DNA of 63,987 nucleotides, the filler included, from Polymyxa betae A26-41 (taxonomy: Eukaryota > Protista > Endomyxa: Phytomyxea): the NCBI GenBank assembly GCA_003693705.1. It is 5 parts of 5 records of this genome, joined end to end, with 100 filler letters (N's around TTAATTAATTAA, not from the genome) between each part and the next. Parts side by side here need not be neighbours in the genome. Positions count along the whole stretch, not along the records: positions 1 to 30,129 come from RBZT01000723.1; 4 more parts are not named here. The stretch is one strand, 5' to 3'. The notes under the pieces were generated by a model that was given only the letters and a program-made list of their open reading frames with translations, made no database searches and was not told the DNA's origin. The position numbers and the translations under genes are program-made. Positions 12,741 through 23,587 of this stretch are shown piece by piece. The number at the start of each line of letters is the position of its first letter. Position 1 is the first letter of the stretch.

Positions 12741-13210
12741 AGAATTATAAGGGACTCGAAATCCCCTATTATCGATAGAAAGTACCAAAGACCAAGGAGA
12801 TGCTTTTCATAGGCAACCTTGGAAGCGGGTTCAAGAGGACGATCATCAAACTAGCCCCGATCCCGCCTTCCAGAGAATCCAGGGCGCCGCTCCATTCCCA
12901 TTCGAGACAAAACAGTGTCGATTTCAGTTAAAACAGCTGCATTCAGCGCATGAGATAATTTATAAACCTTTTTTTGGGTTTCGTTGGTCTTTCAGCACCC
13001 AAGATGGTTCGTTCCTCCATGTTTGCAGGACGTCGCACCCGGCGTCGATAAACGGGTGCAGAGGTTGCAGATGGTGCGGCCGCAGATTCAATCGGCGCGG
13101 CCTCTGAATTTTGTGATGCACCTTGTGATGCGGGCTGTGATACGGGCTGTGATGCGAGTGATGCGGACATAATATAGAGAAAAAGAATGCGTAAGTTTGT
13201 ACTGAGATAA

Positions 13211-13231
13211 TGACAAATATATCAGATACCA
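13211..13231 (+). repeat. 21-bp direct repeat copy 2, TGACAAATATATCAGATACCA
   Basis: Identical to 9081-9101. Confidence 0.9.
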
Positions 13232-13480
13232 ATATTCGAACATTTTTAGATCAAGGGTTTCTGGGGTTAGGGTTAGACCAAAAATTAGTGCGCCACGGAG
13301 CTCGATCAATTTTTCGATCGTAGGTCATTTTTCGATCATTTTATCCCTGTCCCCTCTGTTACAGCCTTAGCTCAACTTCGGGGCAAACTAAGCTTCGTCA
13401 ATCTAGCTAATCGTCATGCTCAATCTCGTTTATCTCCGCTTCGTGACCCCGGACTCCGTGCGTCTAATTTTGCCGGCCTC

Positions 13481-14345
13481 TCATCGGCATCTTCCCACTC
13501 GACATGGCTGGTGACCTTGTCNNNNNNNNNNNTGTAGCCGCGGCTCCTTCACATTAACCAGCTCCTGCAGCTTCTGCCGCAGTTTAAAAGGCCGAACTGC
13601 AGCGAGGAGGAACTTCAATTCCAGTTTTCTCCCTTCCCGTCCTTCGAATGATTCTTGCCAGCCGTGCTTGGCAACGATGTCTTGAAAATCGCTCACCAAG
13701 TCGATGGCACGGCCGAATGGGGAACCTTCAGTGCGCATCTGTAGTTTGCGCATTATCTTGACCATGTCGGGTCCATGTAACCGATCACGATCCTGTCGAT
13801 CCATTAAGCCCGTTAGATCCCGGAACAACTCCGTGGCCGAAAATTCTTCTACGGGCTTCTTCAACTCGTACTTGCAGATAGCTAGCCGTTAAAAGGCTAG
13901 GTAGGCTTCAACATTGTCTTCAGGGGGCGTGGCTCCATTCCATCGGCCCCGGCTTCTTCAAACACGGCCAGGTAGTTCTTATAGTTGGCCATGAACTTGA
14001 CCAGATCTTCTGATTTTTCTCGGTCTCACTTCTCCAGCTTCGGCGCCTTGTTGATTTCGAACGCCATTGTAGATATTTTGTTCTTTTGTGTTGGCTCTTC
14101 ATTCTGTTCGGAACTGGAGCTTGAGTCTTCGTCGATGTTGTTTTCGACTTCAGCGACCGTGTTCTTGAGGTGAGAGATGTCTTCAGTATTCTCTGCCTTC
14201 TGTTATTTGCTCTTTCGGAGAGTTGTTGAAGATGCTCGATTCGCCATGTTGCAGTTAATGAATTCTTTAGTCTGTTTTCTTGAGATGACCAGCTTTTTAT
14301 GTATTCTTTCACCAAGGAGCCACAAGGATTAGGATTGGCATTCAT
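13481..14345 (-). pseudogene. Ty3/gypsy gag fragment
   Basis: LQM..RAIDL..F..GW..G.K..KFLLAAVRP pattern shared with the gag ORFs at 17508-17963 and 29465-29985. Confidence 0.65.
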
Positions 14346-14721
14346 CTAACCGAGTTAGATCAGCTCCCCTTCTGTGAAAAAAATCGCATTACGTTTAAAA
14401 GGGATTCCTTAAATTGACCAGTTTTTTTATCAATGATCAGTAAAATGATCAAGTCCGTGCCGGCGCATATTATCGATATAATCCTCAAATGAATGTATTT
14501 TATGATCAAACTTTCTGGATTGAAAGTATTTTTATCGTCCTTCATGAAGTGGGCAACTGCCATGCTTGGCCATTCACAGCGGATATCGTTGATAGCAGAT
14601 TCGTTGTTCTTAAACGTTCCCAGAACTTGTCCCGCCTGTTCGATTTTGCCTTTCGCTTCAGAATACATATTAATATTGTCAGCAATCTCGATCACGGTTG
14701 CGTCAGCCTGGATATCAAATA

Positions 14722-16885
14722 CCGTGCCTACCCTATAACCGATACTCCGATATCAGATATCCTCTGATAACCGATTAAAATTTCAGAAACATGTTCCGTT
14801 CTATGGATGATATCCGATACGACAGGGAGTTTTCGATTATCTAATATCCGATACAAAAAAAGCCCAAAATCGGTTATCAGAAAATATTAAAAAATCACTA
14901 AAATGCAGCATTTTACTTATTCTGGACACATCAGTCGATTTTGTTGATGAATCTAAGAATCGTGGGCTGTCGCAGAGAAGATTCTCGCTTTTGTCGCTCG
15001 CTATCTTTCAAATTTTGCAACATTCGATGAACTTTGCGGATAAATTGAAAGTTATCTTCTGGGTCTTCACCTAACTTTACGGACATAGTTTTCAGAGCTT
15101 GAATTCGTTGCTCCGGAGACAAAAATTCAACAATCTCGTTATCGTCGTCCATATCCTCACTGATGGGTTCATCAACCAAGGATCCCTGAACAGACTGGAC
15201 GATTTCCTTATCTGAAAGCTTCATAATTTCATATGGACATCAATATTCTCATCAGAGTTATCGATGAATTCCGATAGTGGATAAGGGTCACGGCAATTCA
15301 AGTTTTTCAATGTGTGATGCAAATCGCTGTCCCACTCATTGTCTTCCACTGCAGAAAGGGTCTTCGACATTGAAGAACCCGGACAATCACCCAGTACGCC
15401 AGAATGACGCCAGCAATTTTGGATAGTCGTCGAAGATATCATACTCCACGCTGAGCGGGCCCATCGCATCGCTTGAAGAATATCCACTTTGTAAATATCC
15501 TTCTCGCCTATCGCGTCCAAATCTAACGCTTGCTTTAATTGGAAACTCCGGTATCTTTTCTTAAACGCAGCAATAATTCCGGCGTCCATCGGCTGAATGC
15601 GTGAAGTCGTATTTGGAGGTAAGAAAAGAACTGTCACATGGCGGAGTTTTGAATTGCGAACAACGTGTGATGGTGCGTTGTCCAACAAAAGGACTTTCCG
15701 CTCCTGTTTTCCCATGCGGTTATCAAAGTCCACAATCCAGTCTTGAAAAAGTGCTTCGGTCTTCCAGGCCTTTGTGTTAAAGAAATATCCGTGCTGCTGT
15801 CCCGTTTTCCTTCCGAACGCATGCGGTTTTTTAAATGACCAATGAAAAGCGGCGGCAATTTTTCGGAGCCGTCAGCATTAGCTGTAAAAACTATTGTAAT
15901 ACGACTTTTCTCCTTTTTGGATCCCTTAAGATTCTTTGTAGCAATTGACCAATCAGGCGCCATCCTGTAAAACAGACCAGTTTCATCCATATTGAAGACG
16001 TCCTTTGGCTGGAAGTTGCGGATTGTCTCAATGATCGCCGGAAGGTTCGAAGCAATTGCATCTTCATCTGCGGATCCAGCTTCACCGGACAGCGTGACAG
16101 ATCGAAGATTGTATCTTTGTTCGAATTTTATCAGCCATCCGACTGAGAATTTTGGCCTTCGATCCTCCGGAATTTGAAGTTCGTTTGCAAGCAATTGCGC
16201 CTTTTCCTGGATTAACGACCGGAAATTGGAATCCGAAGGGCTTCACATTGTAACACCCAAATTCGAAGAGATTCATCCAGTTGCGGACATTGTACAACAC
16301 CCAAACGTCTCTTCGTATCGTCGTGAATTAGGGCTTCGCAGCTCATGGACTGAAGTTTCTTGTTCACGATTGCAGAATCGTGGATTGAGACGGGCATTTC
16401 AACAAGGAGAACTCTTGCAGACCCACTGTGCGAGTTCTTTCTGAGTTTTCTTAGAGTCTCGCAGAGATTCTTCTAATATCGCTTTCCTCTGGACATGGGA
16501 GAGCTTGCCAGATTGCGTCTTTTTACTAGCCGCTGTTATTATGTTTAAAACAGTGTTCGGTGCGAGCCGGTCCAAGCCAAATTCAGCAACAGCCCAATCT
16601 GCGAGCGCCTTCTGAGAAAGTCCGGATTCAGAACGATGTTTTTTAAGATAAGATCTTTTTGGTTTTCTGACAATCTCCGTTTCTCATTCCCCTTTCTGTC
16701 GATATCGCGCCGATTCTCAAATCCGTCCTGCAAGACAGAAAAAGAGCAGAATCCGGACTTCAAACAGTAAATATGTTGACCGTATCCTTCTTCCTCCGAA
16801 CCAGAAGATCCGCAAAATATATGAACTCCGCGGCCGCAGTTAGGACATCTGTAATGGTCATCAGCTCTCAGTGAAACACACCCAA
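14722..16885 (-). mobile_element. pogo/Tigger-like DNA transposon, frameshifted transposase (Zn finger, HTH, CENP-B HTH, DDE_1); only one end visible
   Basis: FNMDETGLFY, LLLDNAPSH, LPPNTTSRIQPMDAGII; FSVGWLIKF..RY; TA-CCGTG terminus with ATAACCGAT-like subterminal repeats. Confidence 0.9.
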
Positions 16886-18995
16886 CCTGCGGGTGAGGTT
16901 TTACCGATGCGAGAACAAGCCGGGCTCGTTGCAGACGGCGCAATGCTCCATTTTCTCCCAAGAGTAAAGCCAAAAGCAATGATAGCAGGAGCCCTCTATG
17001 GAAGGCAACTCCGCACTCCGCGGAAACCAAGTTCCAAAAATAGAAAATATATTCTGTATTTTCAAAATTGTTTCGTGTATGGGAATTATAATAATAGAAG
17101 GATTTCTCCCTGTTATTGATTGGACGTGGACACATCCCTAGATCATTGGTGATGAACAGCAAGGCGCGATATCCCTATGATTCTAATTAACAGTTTATGA
17201 ATACATATTTTTTATCGTTCTCTTTAAAAGATCACACAGAGCGCTCTGTAGCGACTTTTATCTTGAACCAGCATGTCGAAACTACCTGTCGAACCCATGC
17301 AGACCGAAGACCTTTCGAAGAAAGAATCTACTGCAGAGAATGGTGCTGGGTCGAAATTTCCAACACCTGCAGTTTCTTCGTCTGATGCAACTAGTTCTAA
17401 ATCATCTGCGGACGTTGCGTCGTCGTCGAATGTATCGTCGACTGTTCCTTCATCGATTCTGGTTCGCCCAGGAGAACCGCCTCGATTGAAAACTCTGGAT
17501 ATTCCAGATGTGCTTTTTCGGCAAAAGCTCAAACAGTTATTATGATGTACTTGAAAACGCTCGCCGACATGGAGCTGGATCTACGGCTTTTCCTCAGAGC
17601 GTTATTACGTTGATTGATCCGAACCTTCTATCTGTTATTCTGAAACATCTTATGAAGATTGAAAAGGAGCTGACAGATACGAAATTTTTGGATTTTTTGG
17701 AGCAATATCTCGACTCGGATACGTCTACTCATCGTGAAATTCCATCGATAGTAGCGTCATCTCTGAAGTTGAATTTGAAGCTTAAACCGAAAGCGAGAAT
17801 AATTGATTTAGCTCAACAGTTGGAAACTTTGATTGAGATTCGTAACTGGCAGCGGTTTTTCTATGGGACTCAGGAAGGAATCAAAAATTATGTTGATTTC
17901 TTGGTTGATGCTTTGAAGCCTAGAGCCTTTAAAGACGAAATTGGTTTCTTATATTCGTTTTAATAATCCTGCTGCGCGAAATGATCATACAATTCTGGTT
18001 GATCATATGCTTAAAGTTGTTGAAAATTTTAAGCATTATTTACGAGATTATGATCGTAATGGTCCTAAGCCGACTGATGGCCCTCGTGGTTTTAAGCGTG
18101 CTGCTTTTAATTCTAATTTGAATCGTAGTGAGGCAAAGAAGCCTCGGACAACCATTACTTGCCTGAAATGCCACACTGTTGGTCATCATATGAAGGTTTG
18201 TCCGCAGCATCCGAGTGCTGCTGAGCAGAAGAAATTAATTGAGCAGTATAAGCTTCGAAAACAGTCTAATGATAATACTAAGAATAAATCGAAGACTGGT
18301 TCTCACTATATTAAGCTTGCAAGAATTTTTGAAAGTTCTCAAAATGAGACTGGGACTGTCAAAGCTGCATTAGCTGGGGGCAGCTTAATTTGTGACGCAA
18401 TTCTTGATAGTGGTGCGGATGCCGCCATAATCTCCGGCAGAATTTGTGCTGAACTTAAAAAGTTAATCCCAGATCTGATTATTCATAATTTATTAGAGAG
18501 AATAACTCTTGAAATGCCTAATGGTCATACAACAATCATTGACCATTCTCTAGATATTGATATAATGTTGCAAACTAAAATGGGTCAATTGATAGTACAA
18601 AAGCAACATTGTCTTATATGGAATGATTTAAATGAAGATTAATTGCTAGGCAATGATATGCTTTCAGGTTTAAGAATCAACCCTAGGCATGCTTTGGACA
18701 TTTTGATAGCATCCTATAATTCTTATAATGAGAATTTTGTTACTGAATATTCTTCAAAACATCCTGATACTGGGCATGATATTGAATCAGAATGATATTC
18801 TTGTCTGGTTAATAAAGTAAAAGAAGCCGTCGAAAATGGCTTGAGCCATGAGTATGAGCAGAAGCTGCTAAGTCTTCTGATACATCGATAGAATGTCTTT
18901 CGATTGAAGTTGGGGCCTGATGCTCCAGCATCTGTCTCTCCGTTTATGACTCATCTGAAACCTGACGCTAAATCCGTTCGTTGTAAAGCACGATT

Positions 18996-21076
18996 ATTAA
19001 CGAAGGATCTGACGCTCAAGATGCTTTGTTTTATCAGAGAGAGACGAAATAAAGAGTGAGTATAGAGAGCCTTGGAAATAGGTAAAACCCCGCCACGCAT
19101 TATATAGGCGCCAAGTCGGGTTGCACCTCAACACACACCCCCTCAAGCTGACGGCGCATTGCTTCAACACCCATAGCTTTTCGACACCACTGGAACTTAG
19201 GGGCATTGATCGGTTTTGTAAGTGCGTCCGCCACCATTTGGCTGGTCGGTACATATGAAATTTTGATGATTCCTTCCTCGATCAAATGGCGTTGTAAATG
19301 CATCTTAACTTCAATATGACGGGATCGTGGATCAACGCGGTGGTTCTGGCATATTGAAATAGAGCCTTGATTATCGCCAAATATGTCTGTCGGTTTACTA
19401 TCGGGGAGCCCTAGGTCTTCAAGCAGTTGCCTAAACCAGATTGCGGTGTTCGCGGCTGCTGCCTAGGCCACATATTCTGCTTCACATGATGATTGGCTTG
19501 GTCTGCGTTGGAGCGTTGAACGCCATGCCACCGGTCCATTGGCTGCTAAAAATACGTTTGCTGTGATAGACCGCCTTGTGTCCGGGTCGCCCGCCCAGTA
19601 AGCGTCGGTGAACGCTTGAACAGTGAACTGTGCACACTTGGTAGTGTCATGATCGTATTTGATTCCAAAATTGCCTGTGCCGCTTAAATATCGAAGATCG
19701 AGCTTAGCTGAATTCCAGTGCCGTCGTCCCGGATTAGCAATGAATCGACAGAGGACGTCCACAGCGTGCGCGATGTCTGGTCGAGTATTTCTGGCAATCC
19801 ATAATAGCCGGCCAACAAGTTCGCCATAGAGCACTTTCGTATCATGCCTTTCAGAAAGCTCGGTCGGTGTCGAAGGGCACATTTCTTTTGTGAGGTGGAT
19901 GTTTACCTGGTGCGGTAATGCTGAAGGCTTACAATCCGTCATGTTGTACATTTGGAGTGTCTCCTTGATGTACTATTCTTGGTCAATTTGAATCGATCCG
20001 GTAGAAGTGTCACGTCGAATTCGCATTCCTAAAAGGAAGGCCGGCTCGCCTAAGTCAGTAATGTCCCACTCAGAGCTAAAGCATTTAAGAGTAGCATCTA
20101 AAAGGGAATCGTTGTCGTATGCTATCAGGATATCGTCAACATGGATCCCCAAAATAATTACATCGTCACCAACTCGCTTGATATACATACATGGATCAGC
20201 CGTACTCCTTGTGAATCCATTTCTGAGAAGGAATTCGTTAAGCTTCTTGTTTCATGTCCGACCAGCCTGTTTTAAGCCGTATAGAGACTTGAGTAATTTG
20301 CATACGAGATGTTCCTCACCGTGTTTCGCCGTTCCTGGCGGCTGCACCATGTGAACATCGGTATCCATATCGCCATTCAAGAACGCTTTCACGATATCAA
20401 TATGACGCAGCTTCAGTCCATAATGTGCAGACATTGCAAGTTGCAACCGAATCGCTTCCAGGTTGGCGACTGGAGAGAATACTTCCTTGTAATCGATGCC
20501 TTTTCGTTGTGAAAATCCCTGCGCGACCATCCTTGCCTTGAACTTTCCAATAGAACCATCACCGGAGCAATGTGGTTTGACGCCGAGTATCCACTTCGAA
20601 CCAATTGGCCTTCTGTCAGGGGGCGCTCTGACGAATGTCCAAGTTCCGTGTTCGTTGAGGATGCCGATTTCTTTCGTGATAGCGTCCAACCAATAACCAC
20701 CAAAGGGGCTGGAAATTGCCTCTTCTAACGATACCGGGATTGGCACATCAAGCGGTGTTAAACCAACCAGGCTGGGACGTGGCAGCTTCGCAGCGGCTTC
20801 ATCGTTAATATCATGCAATGAAAACCTGAGACCATTCCCCTTAGTACATGTTGTCGCTGAGTGGCACCCGGGAACGAAACGCTCTATCGGTGCTCGGGTA
20901 CGAACAGAATGACGTGTTTGTTTCGTGGACGTCGGCTGATGGTAACTTACATCTTCATCCCCATCGTTCTCGTCAACCTCATCACCTTTATCGTTGCCAT
21001 CATCATTATCCTCACTATCGTTATCATTGTCGTCCTCGTCGTCAACACCCTCATGATCAATATATATCGTCCTTTG
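18996..21076 (-). mobile_element. Ty1/copia 3' half (RT, RNase H, PPT, 3' LTR)
   Basis: KARMVAQGFSQ, DIVKAFLNG, SLYGLKQAGR, HVDDIL, TRPDIA, QMVADALTK; PPT TTGAGGGGGTG then TGTTGA near 19133. Confidence 0.92.
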
Positions 21077-21372
21077 TGTAGTGAGACTGTCTCACATTGA
21101 AGACAAATAGAGCAACTGAGACTGTCTCACATTGAAGACAAATAGAGCAACTGAGTCAATCGATGCTAATGATNNNNNNNNNNNNNNNNNNNNNNNNNNN
21201 NNNNNNNNNNNNNNNNNNNNNNNNNNNNNNNNNNNNNNNNNNNNNNNNNNNNNNNNNNNNNNNNNNNNNNNNNNNNNNNNNNNNNNNNNNNNNNNNNNNN
21301 NNNNNNNNNNNNNNNNNNNNNNNNNNNNNNNNNNNNNNNNNNNNNNNNNNNACGTAGGAGACAAACGACACA
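21077..21372 (+). mobile_element. Gypsy-family LTR ends spanning an N gap
   Basis: Both ends match the LTR at 34385-34693 (TGT.GTGAG.CTGTCTCACA...ACGTAGGAGAC.AACGACACA); flanks differ, no TSD. Confidence 0.8.
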
Positions 21373-23587
21373 TGCGGTGGTCCTTGGGGCGGGATTCGAA
21401 CGGTTGCCTGGTTGATTTCTCGGTCTCGCATGCATCACAGAGGCCTTGGCTCTCGCTCATATCCTCGACCACTATGCCTTTAGCTATTCCTTTTCGTGCC
21501 ATTTCCTTAATCACCCGTGTTGGTGTGTGTGCGAGTCTGTTGTGCCAGGTGTCAATAGAGGCTTTCGCGACGTTAACAACCTCCTGGTGTATCTGGTAGA
21601 GACCATCTCGGCAGTCACCTTTCGCGATTAACTTACCCATTTTGTATAGGTGGCACCCTGTAGCGTCGAATTCAGCCTTATCAATATCCCCGTCCTTACA
21701 AGCTCGACTGATGGAGATCAGGTTGAGAGCGACATCTGGCGCTTCTAAGACCTTGGAGACCTTCATGTTGCCGATATTTACGGAGCCGCATCCGGTAACA
21801 GGAATCGCCGTTCCATCTGTTAGAGTGATTTGGCGATCGCTCGGGTTTGTCGGGTTTCTATTCGCCAACTTGGCTGTCAGTGATGTTGACGCTCCCGTGT
21901 CGACGATCCAAGTGTTGCGGTTGAAGGATGAAGCGGCGAGAACGCAGTTTCCCCATACTGCCTTGACGTGTTCCTCTTTGTTGTCATCCTTTTTCGATTT
22001 TAATTTGGTCGGGCATCGATGATCGAAATGGCCTTCTTGGCTGCAAATTGTGCATTTGTGCTGCTTGGATCTTGTGGAGTACTGCTTAAGTAGGCCTTGG
22101 ACTAACAGCTGTGGAGCTGTTATTGTACCTTTTGGTCAGTTGGTTGCTGTGAAGTCCTGGCGCAGGTTCTACAGAATAACAGCTCAAAGGGTCGGGTTCG
22201 AGTCTCCCCTGGTACTGGACGTTTTGGGTTCAGTGGACCGGACCGGCTCACAACTCGTGAAAAGATGCGTGGTTCATCTGAGTTGGGGGTCACCTACTTA
22301 GTTCTGCCAGAGGCCTGAGTGCCTGATTCTGGTAAGGAATGCAGTCACATTCAAGAGAGGGGTGTGTGGAGTACTGCTTAAGTAGGCCCTGGACTAACAG
22401 CTGTGGAGCTGTTATTGTACCTTTTGGTCAGTTGGTTGCTGTGAAGTCCAGGCGCAGTTTCTACAGAATCTGCATTCATCTACTGTGAGTCCTTTCTTTT
22501 GCAATGTTGACATTTCGCCTTCGGTTTACCGACGCTTTTCTTCTTCTTTGACTTGGTGCCAATCAGATTTGCCTTCTGGACCTGAACAACGGCGGGCTCG
22601 TTCTTGGCAAAGTTAATGAGCGCGGTTTCCAGCAGGTCTTAAGTTTGACGAACTTTCGGGCCGTATAGGAACTGCTGTCTCAATACGTCCAGCTTTGGAG
22701 GGAGCTTCAGAGCGATCGCTGTGAACATCTTGGCGTCGTTGGCCGGGTTTCCGGTTGCTTCAAGCTGATTTCTGATCAGGCGGGCACTATCGAGTAATTC
22801 CAGTATATCGCCGTCTTCTGTAAGCGTGAGCTGCGTCAAGGCGAGTTCTGCGGCGATTTGGTCGGTTGTCGCCGTTCCTGCGAAGTGCTGCTCGAGCCTC
22901 TTCCATGCTGATGGTAGGTCGGGACAATTGATCGTCCTTCGCTTAAATGGTGTTGATAGAGACATCATCACTAAGTGGATCGCTTGGGCGTGTCGGCGAT
23001 CCCAGTCGTAAATCACGGTTCCGATTTCGTCATTTGTGCGAGTTGATGTAGCCTGACTTTTCAGGTGATCCATGAATTGCTTTCTCGCGTTCTGATACTT
23101 GGTTTCAGCTTGATTCTTTAATTCAGCTGCGCTCGGGTCTTCTGGTGATTCTTCAGCGGCTGTTCGTGCGGCAATGGCTTCGGCTGAGGCAAGTTGGATT
23201 TCGGCTTGTTTTGCGTTGGACGCGTTCGTGGCGGGTCGTGTCTCCTCCTCGGTCATGATGCGGTATGCTCCAATGCGCTTGAACCCGAAAACTGCCTCTC
23301 GACGCCAAAGTTGCCAGCTTGTGTCGTCCAGTGTCATGGACGTCAGAGCGGCGACGTTTCTCTGCTCTGTCATGGCGGTTCTTGTTGGTGTAACGTAAAC
23401 CGATAGCGATCTGGGCCCATAACCTGGTAAACTTGATAGCTAAAACGCAGTTGAGGCAGAGAGTAGAACAGAAGAATACAGATTTTAATTAGTCAAATAA
23501 ATTGGTCATGAGTACGGATCGTATCGGTACGTACACCTGGAGACGATCGTCTCGGTACTGGTTCGGGAACTTGTGAAAAAACTAACA
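21373..23587 (-). mobile_element. Ty1/copia 5' half (LTR 23425-23587, PBS, gag, PR, GAG-pre-integrase)
   Basis: TGTTAG..TACCA then GGTTATGGGCCCAG (23411-23424, copia-type half-tRNAiMet PBS); CTICSQEGHFDHRC; WIVDTGAS; WHNRLAH..CDAC. Confidence 0.9.
22073..22465 (+). mobile_element. TRIM (miniature non-coding LTR retroelement, 393 bp)
   Basis: Two nearly identical 101-bp LTRs (22073-22173, 22365-22465; TG..CA), PPT AAGAGAGGGGTG, imperfect TSD GGATCT/GAATCT; inserted in copia gag. Confidence 0.9.

Larger units (their letters stand above)
9521..13170 (-). pseudogene. Intron-containing tyrosine recombinase gene (Crypton-like), disrupted by insertions
   Basis: Reconstructed LFLR (box I R), WVDGKT (K), GLHCARKTG (HxxR), AARY..QRYY (Y); GT-AG introns 11157-11209 and 10377-10427 restore frame; CxxC..C..H cluster upstream; no linked RT. 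Confidence 0.8.

Noticed and set aside
16545-17162. 205-aa ORF and similar ORF 28603-28833 as paralogous genes
   Set aside because: The shared N-terminus is the antisense reading of the two LTRs of gypsy A.
21082-21151. Two 35-bp tandem units as a repeat array
   Set aside because: Only two units, no spacers, inside an LTR and next to a gap.
22180-22215. GGTTCGAGTC B-box-like motif as a tRNA gene or SINE
   Set aside because: No cloverleaf; the A-box candidate is too close; kept only as part of the TRIM interior.
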